NCBI GenBank assembly: GCA_022707965.1
Contig: JAKIZO010000004.1
Span: forward strand, 7,157-71,156
Source of the DNA: Bacteroidota bacterium
GTDB taxonomy: Bacteria > Bacteroidota > Ignavibacteria > Kapaibacteriales > UBA2268
DNA length: 64,000 bases
Direction of reading: 5' to 3'
Below, piece by piece: positions 50,031-59,613 of the stretch. Numbering within the stretch: the first letter of the stretch is position 1; every line of letters begins with the position of its first letter. Below the pieces are notes generated by a model. It did no database searches. It had not been told where the DNA came from and was given only the letters and a program-made list of their open reading frames with translations. Both the position numbers and the translations under genes were made by a program.

Positions 50031-50887
50031 ATTGTATCCCTATTTGCAAAATACACTTTCATTGCGACTTCAATGCCTTTTCCTGCTGCAATAGATGCTT
50101 GTCTAATATTTCTTTCCGATGCAACATCTCCAATTAAAAATAATCTATCTGATTTTAATGCTTTTTCATTTATCTCGGGTAGATTTCTTTCTCTACCTAT
50201 TGCTACAATCAAATAATCAACTTCAAAATTAAGTAACTCATTATTCCTTATGCAATTTAACAACAATTTTGTATTTAATCTAATAATATTTATTAACTGA
50301 ATATTTTTTTCTAATGAAATATTATTAATTATATTGCAAGTTTCAATTAATGTTTGAATTGCTTTCGGCTTTTCCCCTCTCATTAGTATTTTAACGCTGT
50401 TTCTGTTTGATAACGAAACCGCATAGTCAAATGCTGCATCTCCGTTTCCCAAAACGGCTACATTGCAATTTGATATTTGCCGTTTTATCTTAGAAATTTC
50501 GTAATATATCAATTCCGCCGCTTCTTCTGAAATGATGTTATCTGGTAAGGTGAGAGCTTTAGTACCAGTTGCTACAATACATATATCGCTTGTAACTGTT
50601 TTATTTGCTAATGTAATGAAAAATTTATTGTCGTTGAAATCAATTTTTATCACTTCGCCATAAAAAACATTTATACCAAGATTACTGATATGTTTTTTCA
50701 TTAACTTGCAAAATTTCTCACCAGTAATTCCATTTGGAAATCCCAAATAATTTTCAATTAAATTTGCATTTAGTAATAATCCGCCTATTCTGTTTCGTTC
50801 TACTAACTCAACATCAAATCCAAAACGTTTCAATTGAATAGCTGAGGCACACCCCGCTGGACCTGCCCCGATAACGATTACTTTCAA
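50027..50887 (-). CDS. FAD/NAD(P)-binding oxidoreductase, thioredoxin-reductase-like fold without the CxxC redox disulfide
   Basis: 286 aa. MKVIVIGAGPAGCASA (GxGxxG), a second dinucleotide motif VAVLGNGDAAFDYA and C-terminal LFLIGDVA. No CxxC pair. ATGA overlaps occur at both ends. Confidence 0.7.
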   Translation of the reverse strand: MKVIVIGAGPAGCASAIQLKRFGFDVELVERNRIGGLLLNANLIENYLGFPNGITGEKFCKLMKKHISNLGINVFYGEVIKIDFNDNKFFITLANKTVTSDICIVATGTKALTLPDNIISEEAAELIYYEISKIKRQISNCNVAVLGNGDAAFDYAVSLSNRNSVKILMRGEKPKAIQTLIETCNIINNISLEKNIQLINIIRLNTKLLLNCIRNNELLNFEVDYLIVAIGRERNLPEINEKALKSDRLFLIGDVASERNIRQASIAAGKGIEVAMKVYFANRDTI

Positions 50888-51546
50888 GTGTATTTCTCCA
50901 AATAATTAATTAATTCGCTAGTTAAAGGAGTAGAATTAATCGAAAATGAAAGATTAATGAACGATGATAAATGCAAATCTAAATTATATGTTGCAGTAGC
51001 ATCAATAGGAACAATAGTATAGAAGCCATTTACAAATGCTGAACGAGCAGTTGTTTCTACACACAAATTTGTAATTACACCTGTAATAATCAGTTGTTTT
51101 ATTTTTAATTCGTTTAATAAGTTCAATAGATTTGTACAATAAAATGCATCATATTGATTTTTATTGATAAAAATACCCTTTTTCTTATCAATTTTTTCAT
51201 AAATTTCATTGAAAATGCCGGTTTCAGGTGTTAAATGTTTCCAACGAACAGCCATTTGCTTGGCATTTTCTTCATTATTTGAGTGTTTAGTAAAAATAAC
51301 AGGATAATTAAGAGAATTAAAAGTTTGTATTAATTTATTAATTTGAAAAACAATTGATTTTGCCGATGGAACAAATGCTCTGGATTCTTCCAACAGAAAA
51401 TATTTTTGCATATCGAGCACTAACAAAGCAGGTGCATCAATTTCAAAATCTTTGAATTTGCCTAAATCTGAATTTTCAAGTTTTTTCTTAATGCTACTTG
51501 CTACTTCATCAATATTATTTTCAGTAAAGTATTGATTTTTCTTCAT
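50884..51546 (-). CDS. isochorismatase-family cysteine hydrolase
   Basis: 220 aa. ALLVLDMQKYF (catalytic Asp region), a Lys, and ITGVITNLCVETTAR (catalytic Cys). Confidence 0.7.
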   Translation of the reverse strand: MKKNQYFTENNIDEVASSIKKKLENSDLGKFKDFEIDAPALLVLDMQKYFLLEESRAFVPSAKSIVFQINKLIQTFNSLNYPVIFTKHSNNEENAKQMAVRWKHLTPETGIFNEIYEKIDKKKGIFINKNQYDAFYCTNLLNLLNELKIKQLIITGVITNLCVETTARSAFVNGFYTIVPIDATATYNLDLHLSSFINLSFSINSTPLTSELINYLEKYT

Positions 51547-51555
51547 TTCAATTGC

Positions 51556-52785
51556 TTACTCATATCTTAATGCTTCTATTGGGTCAAGCTTTGCTGCTTT
51601 CCACGCGGGATAAGCTCCAAAGATTACTCCTAACATTGTGCAAATAATGACACTGAACACAACCCATCCTACGGGAATAGAAAACGTCCCACCAATCAAC
51701 AATCCAAATGCTCCACCTGCAATTACTCCAACAACTATACCGATTGCTCCTCCAACCTGGCACAATGTTATCGCTTCAATAATAAACTGATACATAATCC
51801 AGCGTCTTTTTGCACCTACCGCCTTCCTCACACCAATTTCACGCGTTCTTTCTTTAACTGAGACCAACATAATATTCATTATCCCAACCCCAGCTGCAAT
51901 TAGCGCAATCCCACCGCTTATAAAGCCAAACCATTGCAAGTATTTAGTAAGCCCGGAAAACTGTTCTTTGATTGATTCATTTGTTTCAATTTCGAAATCG
52001 TTTTCTTCCCAGGGTTTTAGATTTCTAACTAACCGCATTACTCCAATTGCTTCATCAATAGCTTGAGTAAAGACGTCTCGTGAGCGTGCTCTTAAAACTA
52101 TCTGAACAGAAGATTCCCAAAACGATGCGAAGTAATTAAGTAAGTGAGTGATTGGAATTAATACCATATTGTCCTGGCTTTGCCCGAACATTGCTCCTTT
52201 GGGTTCAAGGACACCAATAATCTCATATTTTTGATTTTTTATTGTAATCATCTTGCCAATAGGGCTTATGTTTGGGAATAATTTAACTTTTACGTCGTTT
52301 CCAATAACTGCAACGTTCCGATTGGCAATAATATCACTTTTTACAATATTTCTTCCTTCTGAAAAATTTCGATTTTCCAGAATAAAATAATCTTCATCGA
52401 CACCAATCAAATTAACATCCGGATTTGTTTCACTATTACCGAATTTTACAGTTTGTCCCGAAGATACTGAAACAGCAGAAGCAAGCGAAACAAGCGACAA
52501 CTGATTTTTCAGCTGTTGATATTGTGAATATGTAATTGGCTTCCTTCTTGCATATTTTCTCCACGAATTGCCCATTTGTATTTTAGGTTCTTTGAATATG
52601 TAGAAAGTAGTTTCTCCAAGTGCTTCGATTTCACCTTCCACTGTTGAATTAATCGATGCAACAAGCGAACCAGCTCCAATAATTGCAAATACCCCAATTG
52701 CGATACTCAACAGAGTTAAAAAGGTTCTAAGCTTGTTAACCCGAATAGAATCAATTGCTAATTTTACGCTTTCAAGAATATTCAT
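51556..52785 (-). CDS. ABC transporter permease, MacB/FtsX type (N-terminal TM, periplasmic domain, C-terminal FtsX 3-TM bundle)
   Basis: 409 aa. LRTFLTLLSIAIGVFAIIGAGSL at the N-terminus and a conserved FtsX C-terminal region (REIGVRKAVGAKRRWIMYQFIIEA...). No ATPase gene is in the operon. It lies 9 nt upstream of the isochorismatase gene. Confidence 0.8.
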   Translation of the reverse strand: MNILESVKLAIDSIRVNKLRTFLTLLSIAIGVFAIIGAGSLVASINSTVEGEIEALGETTFYIFKEPKIQMGNSWRKYARRKPITYSQYQQLKNQLSLVSLASAVSVSSGQTVKFGNSETNPDVNLIGVDEDYFILENRNFSEGRNIVKSDIIANRNVAVIGNDVKVKLFPNISPIGKMITIKNQKYEIIGVLEPKGAMFGQSQDNMVLIPITHLLNYFASFWESSVQIVLRARSRDVFTQAIDEAIGVMRLVRNLKPWEENDFEIETNESIKEQFSGLTKYLQWFGFISGGIALIAAGVGIMNIMLVSVKERTREIGVRKAVGAKRRWIMYQFIIEAITLCQVGGAIGIVVGVIAGGAFGLLIGGTFSIPVGWVVFSVIICTMLGVIFGAYPAWKAAKLDPIEALRYE

Positions 52786-53098
52786 ATTACCTCACTGCAT
52801 TCTTTTTCAAATTTACGTAATTAAATAAAAAATGGTTTCAATTTTGTTGGTTATTGTAATAAAAAAATTGATTAATAGAAATTTCATTTTCATTTCACAT
52901 AAGTAGTCAAAATTGAATGACCTTTCAATTTCGCTTTCCAAAATGTATTTTCTTTCAAAATTGAAAGATTGATTTTAGCCCAAACTAAAATCTGTATTTC
53001 ATTATATTACAATTGTTTATGCAGAAATTTTTATTCATTTTATTAATGGTATATTTATTGTATGTATAATGAATAACTCAATAATATTGGAGGTGAGT

Positions 53099-53464
53099 AT
53101 GAAAATATTAATTGTAGATGATGATGCTTCAACACTCGAAATGTTGAAAAATGCACTCGAAATTAATGGATACGAGTGTGATGCTTATGATGATGCAAGA
53201 GAAGCCCTTGATAATTATCAGCCATATAAATACGACGTTGTTCTCTGTGATTACTTTATGCCTAACATTAACGGAATAGACTTTCTAAAAAATTTAAAAG
53301 CTCTAAACGATGATGTTGTATTTATTTTGTATTCTGGTTCTCCAAATCAAGCTATAATTAAAGAAGCATTCAATTTTGGTGCTACTGATTTTCTTAATAA
53401 ACCTATGGATTGGACTGCTTTTATTGAACTTATTCAATTTTATGAATGTAGCTTTGAAATATAA
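53099..53464 (+). CDS. single-domain response regulator (CheY-like receiver)
   Basis: MKILIVDDD..., the phospho-accepting Asp in VVLCDYFMP, and a conserved Lys in FLNKP. GGAGGTG SD directly upstream. The tracker's upstream ATG (53069) lacks an SD. Confidence 0.8.
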   Translation: MKILIVDDDASTLEMLKNALEINGYECDAYDDAREALDNYQPYKYDVVLCDYFMPNINGIDFLKNLKALNDDVVFILYSGSPNQAIIKEAFNFGATDFLNKPMDWTAFIELIQFYECSFEI

Positions 53465-53469
53465 TAGAT

Positions 53470-55755
53470 ATGTATTATATGACTAACGCTGCAAAAAATA
53501 TAACAAATTTACACCAGAATGGTTCCATCAACTCAATTGACGTCTTTTTTCAATTTTGTCCTATTCCAATAATTTTTTTCGACAAAAATTGGCGTGTAAG
53601 TAAGTGGTCTCGTAGAGCCCAAGAAGTATTCCTTTGGGAAGAAAATGAAGTAATTGGTAAATCTGTAGATGAAATACACTTTGTTTTTGAGCAAGATAAT
53701 GAATTATTCCAAAAAGTAATTTTTGAATTAGCTACCAGAGATAATTGCCGTAGTAAAAATCGTAATTACAAAAAAGATGGGGCGATTGTTGTTTGCGAAT
53801 GGATTAATGTGAAATATTCCAATGAAAACGGGGAAATATTAGGATATCTTACTTTTTGTCAGGATATAACAGAACTTGAAGAAAACAAAATTCTCATCGA
53901 AGAAATTCAACATTATTTCAAAACATTTTTTAATTCAATTCCTATTCCTGTCATTTACTTGAATGATAATCTAAAAATTGAGAACTCCAATAGTGCCTTT
54001 CAAAAGATTTTTCAAATAAATTCTAATATTCTGTTGCATAATAAATTAACAGAAATTCTTCCCGTCTCTCAGAATACTCTACAATATTTGGAACAAAAAA
54101 TAGAGAACTTCTATTTTTCAGATGAATTATCTTTTGTAACTGATATTTCTATATCAATAGATGAAAATAATTATCGTGATTTTTATGTTTCATTTACAAA
54201 GCATTTTGATAGATACAATAAAATTGTCGGGATTTTTGGCTATTTCCTTGATATTACAAAGATTAATATCTTATCTCGTGAACTGAATGAATCCATAAAA
54301 TTATATCAAAACTTATTTCACACAAGTTCCGATGGAATCGTTTATGTTTCTAATGATTGGGAAATAATTGACGCAAATAAAACTTTTTGTGAAATCTTTG
54401 AGCAGACTTATCTTGAAATTAAAGGTAAGTCAATCAAGACCATTATCAGCACAATTCCGATTTTAGAGAAGGATAAAGAAAATCATTTTATTGAAGAAAT
54501 ATCGTTTGATAAAAGTGATGGTAGCAAAGTAATTTTAAACGCCAAAATTTGGGCGAAAAAAGACTTCTTCGGCAGAGCAAACGGATATTGGATGATTTTC
54601 AGAGATATTACAGCTGTCCGTAAATTAAGGAAACAACTAATTGAAACACAGCAGCGATACGAACTCGCTGTTGAAGGTTCAAATGATGGTTTGTGGGATT
54701 GGGATGTTCTGCAAAAACAACTCTGGTTGTCCCCCAGGTTGAAAAGTATGCTTGAAATTGATACGGAAGATAGCTTTTTCAATAATTCGTCAATATTAAA
54801 ATTAATACATCCTGGTGATGTTAATTTTGTAATTGATACTGTTCGATATCATTTTAGCCATTTTCTTCCGTTTGGTTTGGAATTTCGTTTAAAATCTTAC
54901 AAAAATGATAATTATCGATGGTATCTGGTTAGAGGCAAAATCATAAAAGATGAAAATGATGTGCCAATTCGAGTTGCAGGTAGTTTACAAGATATTCACG
55001 ATAGAAAACTACTTGAAGAAAAGGAAAAAGTGCTTTTGGAAAAGCTAATTCGGTCGAATGAAGAATTGCAACAATTTGCCTACGTTGCTTCTCACGACTT
55101 GCAAGAACCTTTGCGAATGATTAGCAGCTTCTTGCAACTTTTCAAATCGCGATATATTAATTCGCTCAACAAGGAGGCAACAGAATTTGTCAATTTCGCT
55201 ATTGATGGCTCAGTGCGATTGCAGCAAATGGTAAATGATTTGCTGTCCTACTCGCGGATTAATACCCGTCCCGGAAAATTTGAGCCTGTTAATATGAACA
55301 ATCTAATTAGTAAAGTAATCGATAATTTAAAATTAGCGATTAGAGATAAAAAAGCCTGCATATATTTCAATGAACTTCCGGAAGAAATAATTTGTGATGA
55401 AGGGCAAATGTTTCAGCTCTTCTTAAATTTAATTAGCAATGCTCTGAAATTCTCAAAAAATGACGTTAGACCCGAAATATTGATCTCCACTGATGAAAAC
55501 AATGCAGAATATATTTTTAAAGTTAAAGATAATGGTATTGGAATTGACAACCAATTCAAAGAAAGAATATTTAAAATTTTCCAGAGATTGCATACTCGTG
55601 ATGAATTCCCGGGCAATGGAATTGGACTTGCTATTTGCAGACGTATCGTTCAACGCCATAATGGGTGGATTACCTTCGAATCCGAATTAAACGAGGGAAC
55701 TACTTTTATTTTTTCTATTTCCAAGAATATTAAGGATAATTTATATGAATTATGA
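53470..55755 (+). CDS. multi-PAS (about 4) sensor histidine kinase
   Basis: 761 aa. Four PAS-like segments (the last contains GLWDWDV). HisKA FAYVASHDLQEPLRMISSF, and HATPase N and G boxes (LISNALKFS, DNGIGID, GNGIGLAI). Confidence 0.85.
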   Translation: MYYMTNAAKNITNLHQNGSINSIDVFFQFCPIPIIFFDKNWRVSKWSRRAQEVFLWEENEVIGKSVDEIHFVFEQDNELFQKVIFELATRDNCRSKNRNYKKDGAIVVCEWINVKYSNENGEILGYLTFCQDITELEENKILIEEIQHYFKTFFNSIPIPVIYLNDNLKIENSNSAFQKIFQINSNILLHNKLTEILPVSQNTLQYLEQKIENFYFSDELSFVTDISISIDENNYRDFYVSFTKHFDRYNKIVGIFGYFLDITKINILSRELNESIKLYQNLFHTSSDGIVYVSNDWEIIDANKTFCEIFEQTYLEIKGKSIKTIISTIPILEKDKENHFIEEISFDKSDGSKVILNAKIWAKKDFFGRANGYWMIFRDITAVRKLRKQLIETQQRYELAVEGSNDGLWDWDVLQKQLWLSPRLKSMLEIDTEDSFFNNSSILKLIHPGDVNFVIDTVRYHFSHFLPFGLEFRLKSYKNDNYRWYLVRGKIIKDENDVPIRVAGSLQDIHDRKLLEEKEKVLLEKLIRSNEELQQFAYVASHDLQEPLRMISSFLQLFKSRYINSLNKEATEFVNFAIDGSVRLQQMVNDLLSYSRINTRPGKFEPVNMNNLISKVIDNLKLAIRDKKACIYFNELPEEIICDEGQMFQLFLNLISNALKFSKNDVRPEILISTDENNAEYIFKVKDNGIGIDNQFKERIFKIFQRLHTRDEFPGNGIGLAICRRIVQRHNGWITFESELNEGTTFIFSISKNIKDNLYEL

Positions 55756-56191
55756 TTTACGACCTGCTAAAATTTTGTTAGTTGAAGATAATATTGGTGA
55801 TGTACGATTAATCGAAGAAGCACTCAAAGACACCAAACTACTTAATAATCTGCACAATGTTTCCGATGGTGTTTATGCTATGGATTTTTTACGTAAACAA
55901 AATGGTTTCGAAAATGTTCCTACTCCCGACCTTATTATCCTTGACCTCAATATGCCAAGAAAAAACGGTTTCGAAGTATTGCAAGAAGTAAAACAAGATG
56001 AAAAATTAAAGCGAATTCCCGTTGTAGTAATGACTGTTTCCAACGATGAGCAAGACATCTTGAAATCATACAATCTTCACGCTAATTGCTATGTTACAAA
56101 GCCGTTGGATTTTAATCAATTCTGCGAAATTGTAAGAAAAATTGAGAATTTCTGGTTTTCAATTGTAACACTTCCAAAGAGGGAAGAATGA
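55745..56191 (+). CDS. single-domain response regulator (Rcp/CheY-like receiver)
   Basis: 148 aa. KILLVEDNIGD, Asp in LIILDLNMP, VVVMTVSNDEQD, and Lys in YVTKP. Its start overlaps the histidine kinase stop. Confidence 0.85.
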   Translation: MNYDLRPAKILLVEDNIGDVRLIEEALKDTKLLNNLHNVSDGVYAMDFLRKQNGFENVPTPDLIILDLNMPRKNGFEVLQEVKQDEKLKRIPVVVMTVSNDEQDILKSYNLHANCYVTKPLDFNQFCEIVRKIENFWFSIVTLPKREE

Positions 56192-57750
56192 AAATATTAA
56201 TGATTGAAGATAGTAAATCCGATTATTTCTTAGTTAAAACGCTTATTGAAGAATATTCCAATGAGAATGTTGATATTAATTGGAAGATTAGATTGGAAGA
56301 TGGAATAAGCGAATTAAATAAAGACAATTATGATTTAATTCTGCTTGATTTATCTTTGCCCGACTCGTTTGGAATTAATACCTTTCTTAAACTGCAATCG
56401 CTTTCAAAAGGTATTCCAATTGCTGTTCTTACGGGTAATCAGGATGAAGATTTTGCTATTCTGGCAGTTCGAAATGGTGCAATCGACTATATCACAAAAA
56501 ATAACTTAAATCCAGGTGTACTTAGACGGATACTGAAATATGGAATAGAACAGAGTAGTAATTTCGATGCTTTGCAAAAGTCCAAGCAAGCTTTTCAAAA
56601 ATACTTCGATTTTTCCAATGATGCTGCATTTATTATGGATTGCAATACGGGAATAGTTTACGATATTAATTATACAATGTATAATTTACTTGGTTATAAG
56701 AAGAAGCCCAATATTGGAAAACACTATTCAAAGATTTTTGCTAATACTAAACTTTTTCTGCAAGATAACTTTCTTGAAACTATTAAAATAAATGGTTCAA
56801 TTCATACTTCTGTCAGTTTCCCAAAAGCAAAAGGTGGCTACCTATTTGTTGATGTTTCTGCTTCAATAGTGCCTTGGGGAATGAATAAAGCAATTCTTTT
56901 TATTGTACGCGATGCAGAACGTAGGCTTGAATTGGAAAAATGCTTGATTGAGATTAATGTTCAGCTTGAAAACCTGATTAAAAAAAGCATTAATCACGCA
57001 TCTAATAAGGAAGCGTTGGAAATTCTTAAATCAAGCGCTTTCCAGAAATTTCAGCAAGCAAAAGAAGAAATTGCTTCTTTCAGCGAAAAAGAGAGACAGA
57101 CCAAATATTTGCGTAAAGCATATATTGAGGAAGTTAAAAAATGTTACGGTCTTATAGATGTTAATTATTTAGAGCCAATGGAGGAAAATATTGACGATAT
57201 TTCTAAAAAGCACTTACAAAGCATTTTCGACTTAATTGATTCATTAACAAAATCAATGGAAGTTGCATACCTTGTTGAACAAATCCATTCTGATAGAGCT
57301 TTTTCTTTGAAAAAAGATAGAATTGTGCTACCTAAAATACTTCATTCCATCGAACAATCTATTGTAAATAGCCCTCTTAGCAACCGACAGGTTAAAATCA
57401 TTTATGCAGGCGATGACGAAATATTGCTTCATAATGGATTAGTCATTCGTTCTCTACTTAGTAATCTAATTGATGTTATCTCTAAAATTTCCATAGACGA
57501 ACAAATAACGGTAAAGAACAGAATTAGAGATGATTTTTATGAAATAAGTATTTTAGGAGAGTTTTCACCTACTATTTTTCAATTTAATAATACAAAAATG
57601 ATAAACAATTCGGGTTCTTTTCGAAGCATTTCTATTAATCTTAAATTAATTGATTTTATTATAAAATCAATTAATGGAAACATAAAAATTCAACCTTACA
57701 AAAATAACAAATCGCAATTGTCAGTACTTTTACCGCAAAATAATACATAA
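56188..57750 (+). CDS. response-regulator receiver + PAS + degenerate histidine-kinase-like C-terminal domain
   Basis: 520 aa. Receiver (MKILMIEDSKSD, LILLDLSLPD, YITKN). PAS-like segment (FDFSNDAAFIMDCNTGIVYDINYTMYNLLGY). The C-terminal region has an N-box-like LLSNLIDVISK but no DxGxG or GxGxG. ATGA overlap with the upstream response regulator. Confidence 0.65.
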   Translation: MKILMIEDSKSDYFLVKTLIEEYSNENVDINWKIRLEDGISELNKDNYDLILLDLSLPDSFGINTFLKLQSLSKGIPIAVLTGNQDEDFAILAVRNGAIDYITKNNLNPGVLRRILKYGIEQSSNFDALQKSKQAFQKYFDFSNDAAFIMDCNTGIVYDINYTMYNLLGYKKKPNIGKHYSKIFANTKLFLQDNFLETIKINGSIHTSVSFPKAKGGYLFVDVSASIVPWGMNKAILFIVRDAERRLELEKCLIEINVQLENLIKKSINHASNKEALEILKSSAFQKFQQAKEEIASFSEKERQTKYLRKAYIEEVKKCYGLIDVNYLEPMEENIDDISKKHLQSIFDLIDSLTKSMEVAYLVEQIHSDRAFSLKKDRIVLPKILHSIEQSIVNSPLSNRQVKIIYAGDDEILLHNGLVIRSLLSNLIDVISKISIDEQITVKNRIRDDFYEISILGEFSPTIFQFNNTKMINNSGSFRSISINLKLIDFIIKSINGNIKIQPYKNNKSQLSVLLPQNNT

Positions 57751-57779
57751 CAAGTATATTATTTGCAGATTGTTCTCAT

Positions 57780-57825
57780 AATACTTAAATAATGAGCATT
57801 TGCTAATTATTTAAGTATTTTTTTG
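57780..57825 (+). terminator. AT-rich terminator hairpin (14-bp AATACTTAAATAAT / ATTATTTAAGTATT, loop 12 nt, then TTTTTTT)
   Basis: Perfect 14-bp inverted repeat immediately downstream of the signalling operon. Confidence 0.45.
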
Positions 57826-57897
57826 TAATTTTAAAGCATTAACAAATTAAATCTGTTAATTTTCGTCAAATGTCATTTATGATTTGAAGGAATAAAA

Positions 57898-59613
57898 ATG
57901 AAAAAACTACTTCTGGTAATATTGATATTCTATTGTTACTCTTCCAACTTGATTTCTTCCAACATCGAACTATTGAATATCCTGAAAAAGGAAATGTTAA
58001 GAAGTCAGGAAGAACTATCCTCGCAAAAATTGCCGCCATATTTCATTTCATATTATGTATTGGAAACTCAAAAATCAACAATTCAAGCATCGTTCGGTAA
58101 TATTAGTGCAAATAGTTTTGACCAATCAAGATTTATGGATATCGATATTAGAGTTGGTAGCCATAAGTTTGACAATACACATATTATTAGAGGCAATCCT
58201 TTCGATTTTTCTTCAAGTGTTAGTAAAATATCATTGCCTTTAAATAATGATGAAATTTCAATTAGAAATATCATTTGGTATGCGACCGACCAAATATATA
58301 AAAATGCTATTGAGCGATACGAAAAAGCACTTACAAACCAGGCAGTAAAAGTTGCCGAAGAAGATACATCAGACGACTTTTCAAAAGAAAAGCCCGTTCG
58401 AGATATTCAAGCCTGGAAATATATCAGTTTATCTGCGACCGATGCTCAACACTATTATCTGGATACAGCAAAATGGGCAGGATTGTTGCGTAAATTATCA
58501 GCAAAATTTAATTCTCATAAGTGGCTTCACAATGCAACTATCTCTTTTTCATTTGAGGTTAATAACAAATTAATTCTCAACACAGACGGATTTGAAGTTG
58601 CTACTAGTGAAAGCTTTGCCCGAATTTTTGTGTATTTGAAAACCAAAGCAGATGATGGAATGAGCCTTCCACTTCACCAATCATATTTTGCCTTTACTCC
58701 TGACGGATTGCCTTCCGAAGATGAAATTTCAAAAAAGATTGATGAAATGATTGTTTTGCTTGATAGATTGCGGAATGCTCCTCTTGCTGAAACATATTCA
58801 GGACCCGCAATTTTGTCGGGAGAAGCAGCTGGTGTATTTTTTCACGAAATTTTTGGTCATAGGGTGGAAGGGCATCGTGAAAAAGACCCTTCCAGTAGCC
58901 AAACATTCAAGAGTTCTCTTGGGAAGAAAATTTTACCTGATTTCATCAATGTAATTTTCGACCCGAATGTATCTGAAATAAATGGAAAAGCAATATCAGG
59001 GTATTATCAATACGACGATGAAGGTATTCCCGCCCAAAGAGTTGAAACCGTCAAAAATGGCGTTTTCAATGGCTACCTTATGTCTCGAATTCCAATCGAG
59101 AACTTTCCTAATTCGAATGGTCACGGCAGAAAGCAAATAGGATATCAGGCAATTTCTCGCCAATCGAATTTAATAGTTGAAGCTACTCAAACTGTTACTA
59201 TTTCTGAATTGCGAAAAAAACTCATCGAAGAAGCGAAAAAACAGAACAAAGATTATGGTTTGTTCTTTGAGCAAGTTTCAGGTGGTTTCACATTCACTAC
59301 AAGATACATTCCAAACGCATTCAATGTTACTCCGATAATTGTCTATAAGGTGTATGTAGATGGGCGTCCCGATGAACTTGTCCGTGGTGTAGATTTAATC
59401 GGGACACCGCTTACAACTTTTTCGAATGTAATATTAGCAGCAGATGACATTGGTATTTTCAATGGCACTTGTGGGGCTGAATCAGGTGGAGTTCCTGTAT
59501 CTGCTGTTTCTCCAAGTTTGTTAGTATCAAGAATAGAAGTGCAGAAAAAAGTTAAATCACAAGCTAAACCCCCAATTTTGGAGGCACCCGATTATGAAGC
59601 CTTTTCTCAATGA
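57898..59613 (+). CDS. secreted TldD-like metallopeptidase (TldD/PmbA family, HExxxH present)
   Basis: 571 aa. Signal peptide MKKLLLVILIFYCYSS. FHEIFGHRVEGH matches the TldD HExxGHxxE motif. The Gly-rich C-terminal beta region is typical of the family. Confidence 0.7.
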   Translation: MKKLLLVILIFYCYSSNLISSNIELLNILKKEMLRSQEELSSQKLPPYFISYYVLETQKSTIQASFGNISANSFDQSRFMDIDIRVGSHKFDNTHIIRGNPFDFSSSVSKISLPLNNDEISIRNIIWYATDQIYKNAIERYEKALTNQAVKVAEEDTSDDFSKEKPVRDIQAWKYISLSATDAQHYYLDTAKWAGLLRKLSAKFNSHKWLHNATISFSFEVNNKLILNTDGFEVATSESFARIFVYLKTKADDGMSLPLHQSYFAFTPDGLPSEDEISKKIDEMIVLLDRLRNAPLAETYSGPAILSGEAAGVFFHEIFGHRVEGHREKDPSSSQTFKSSLGKKILPDFINVIFDPNVSEINGKAISGYYQYDDEGIPAQRVETVKNGVFNGYLMSRIPIENFPNSNGHGRKQIGYQAISRQSNLIVEATQTVTISELRKKLIEEAKKQNKDYGLFFEQVSGGFTFTTRYIPNAFNVTPIIVYKVYVDGRPDELVRGVDLIGTPLTTFSNVILAADDIGIFNGTCGAESGGVPVSAVSPSLLVSRIEVQKKVKSQAKPPILEAPDYEAFSQ

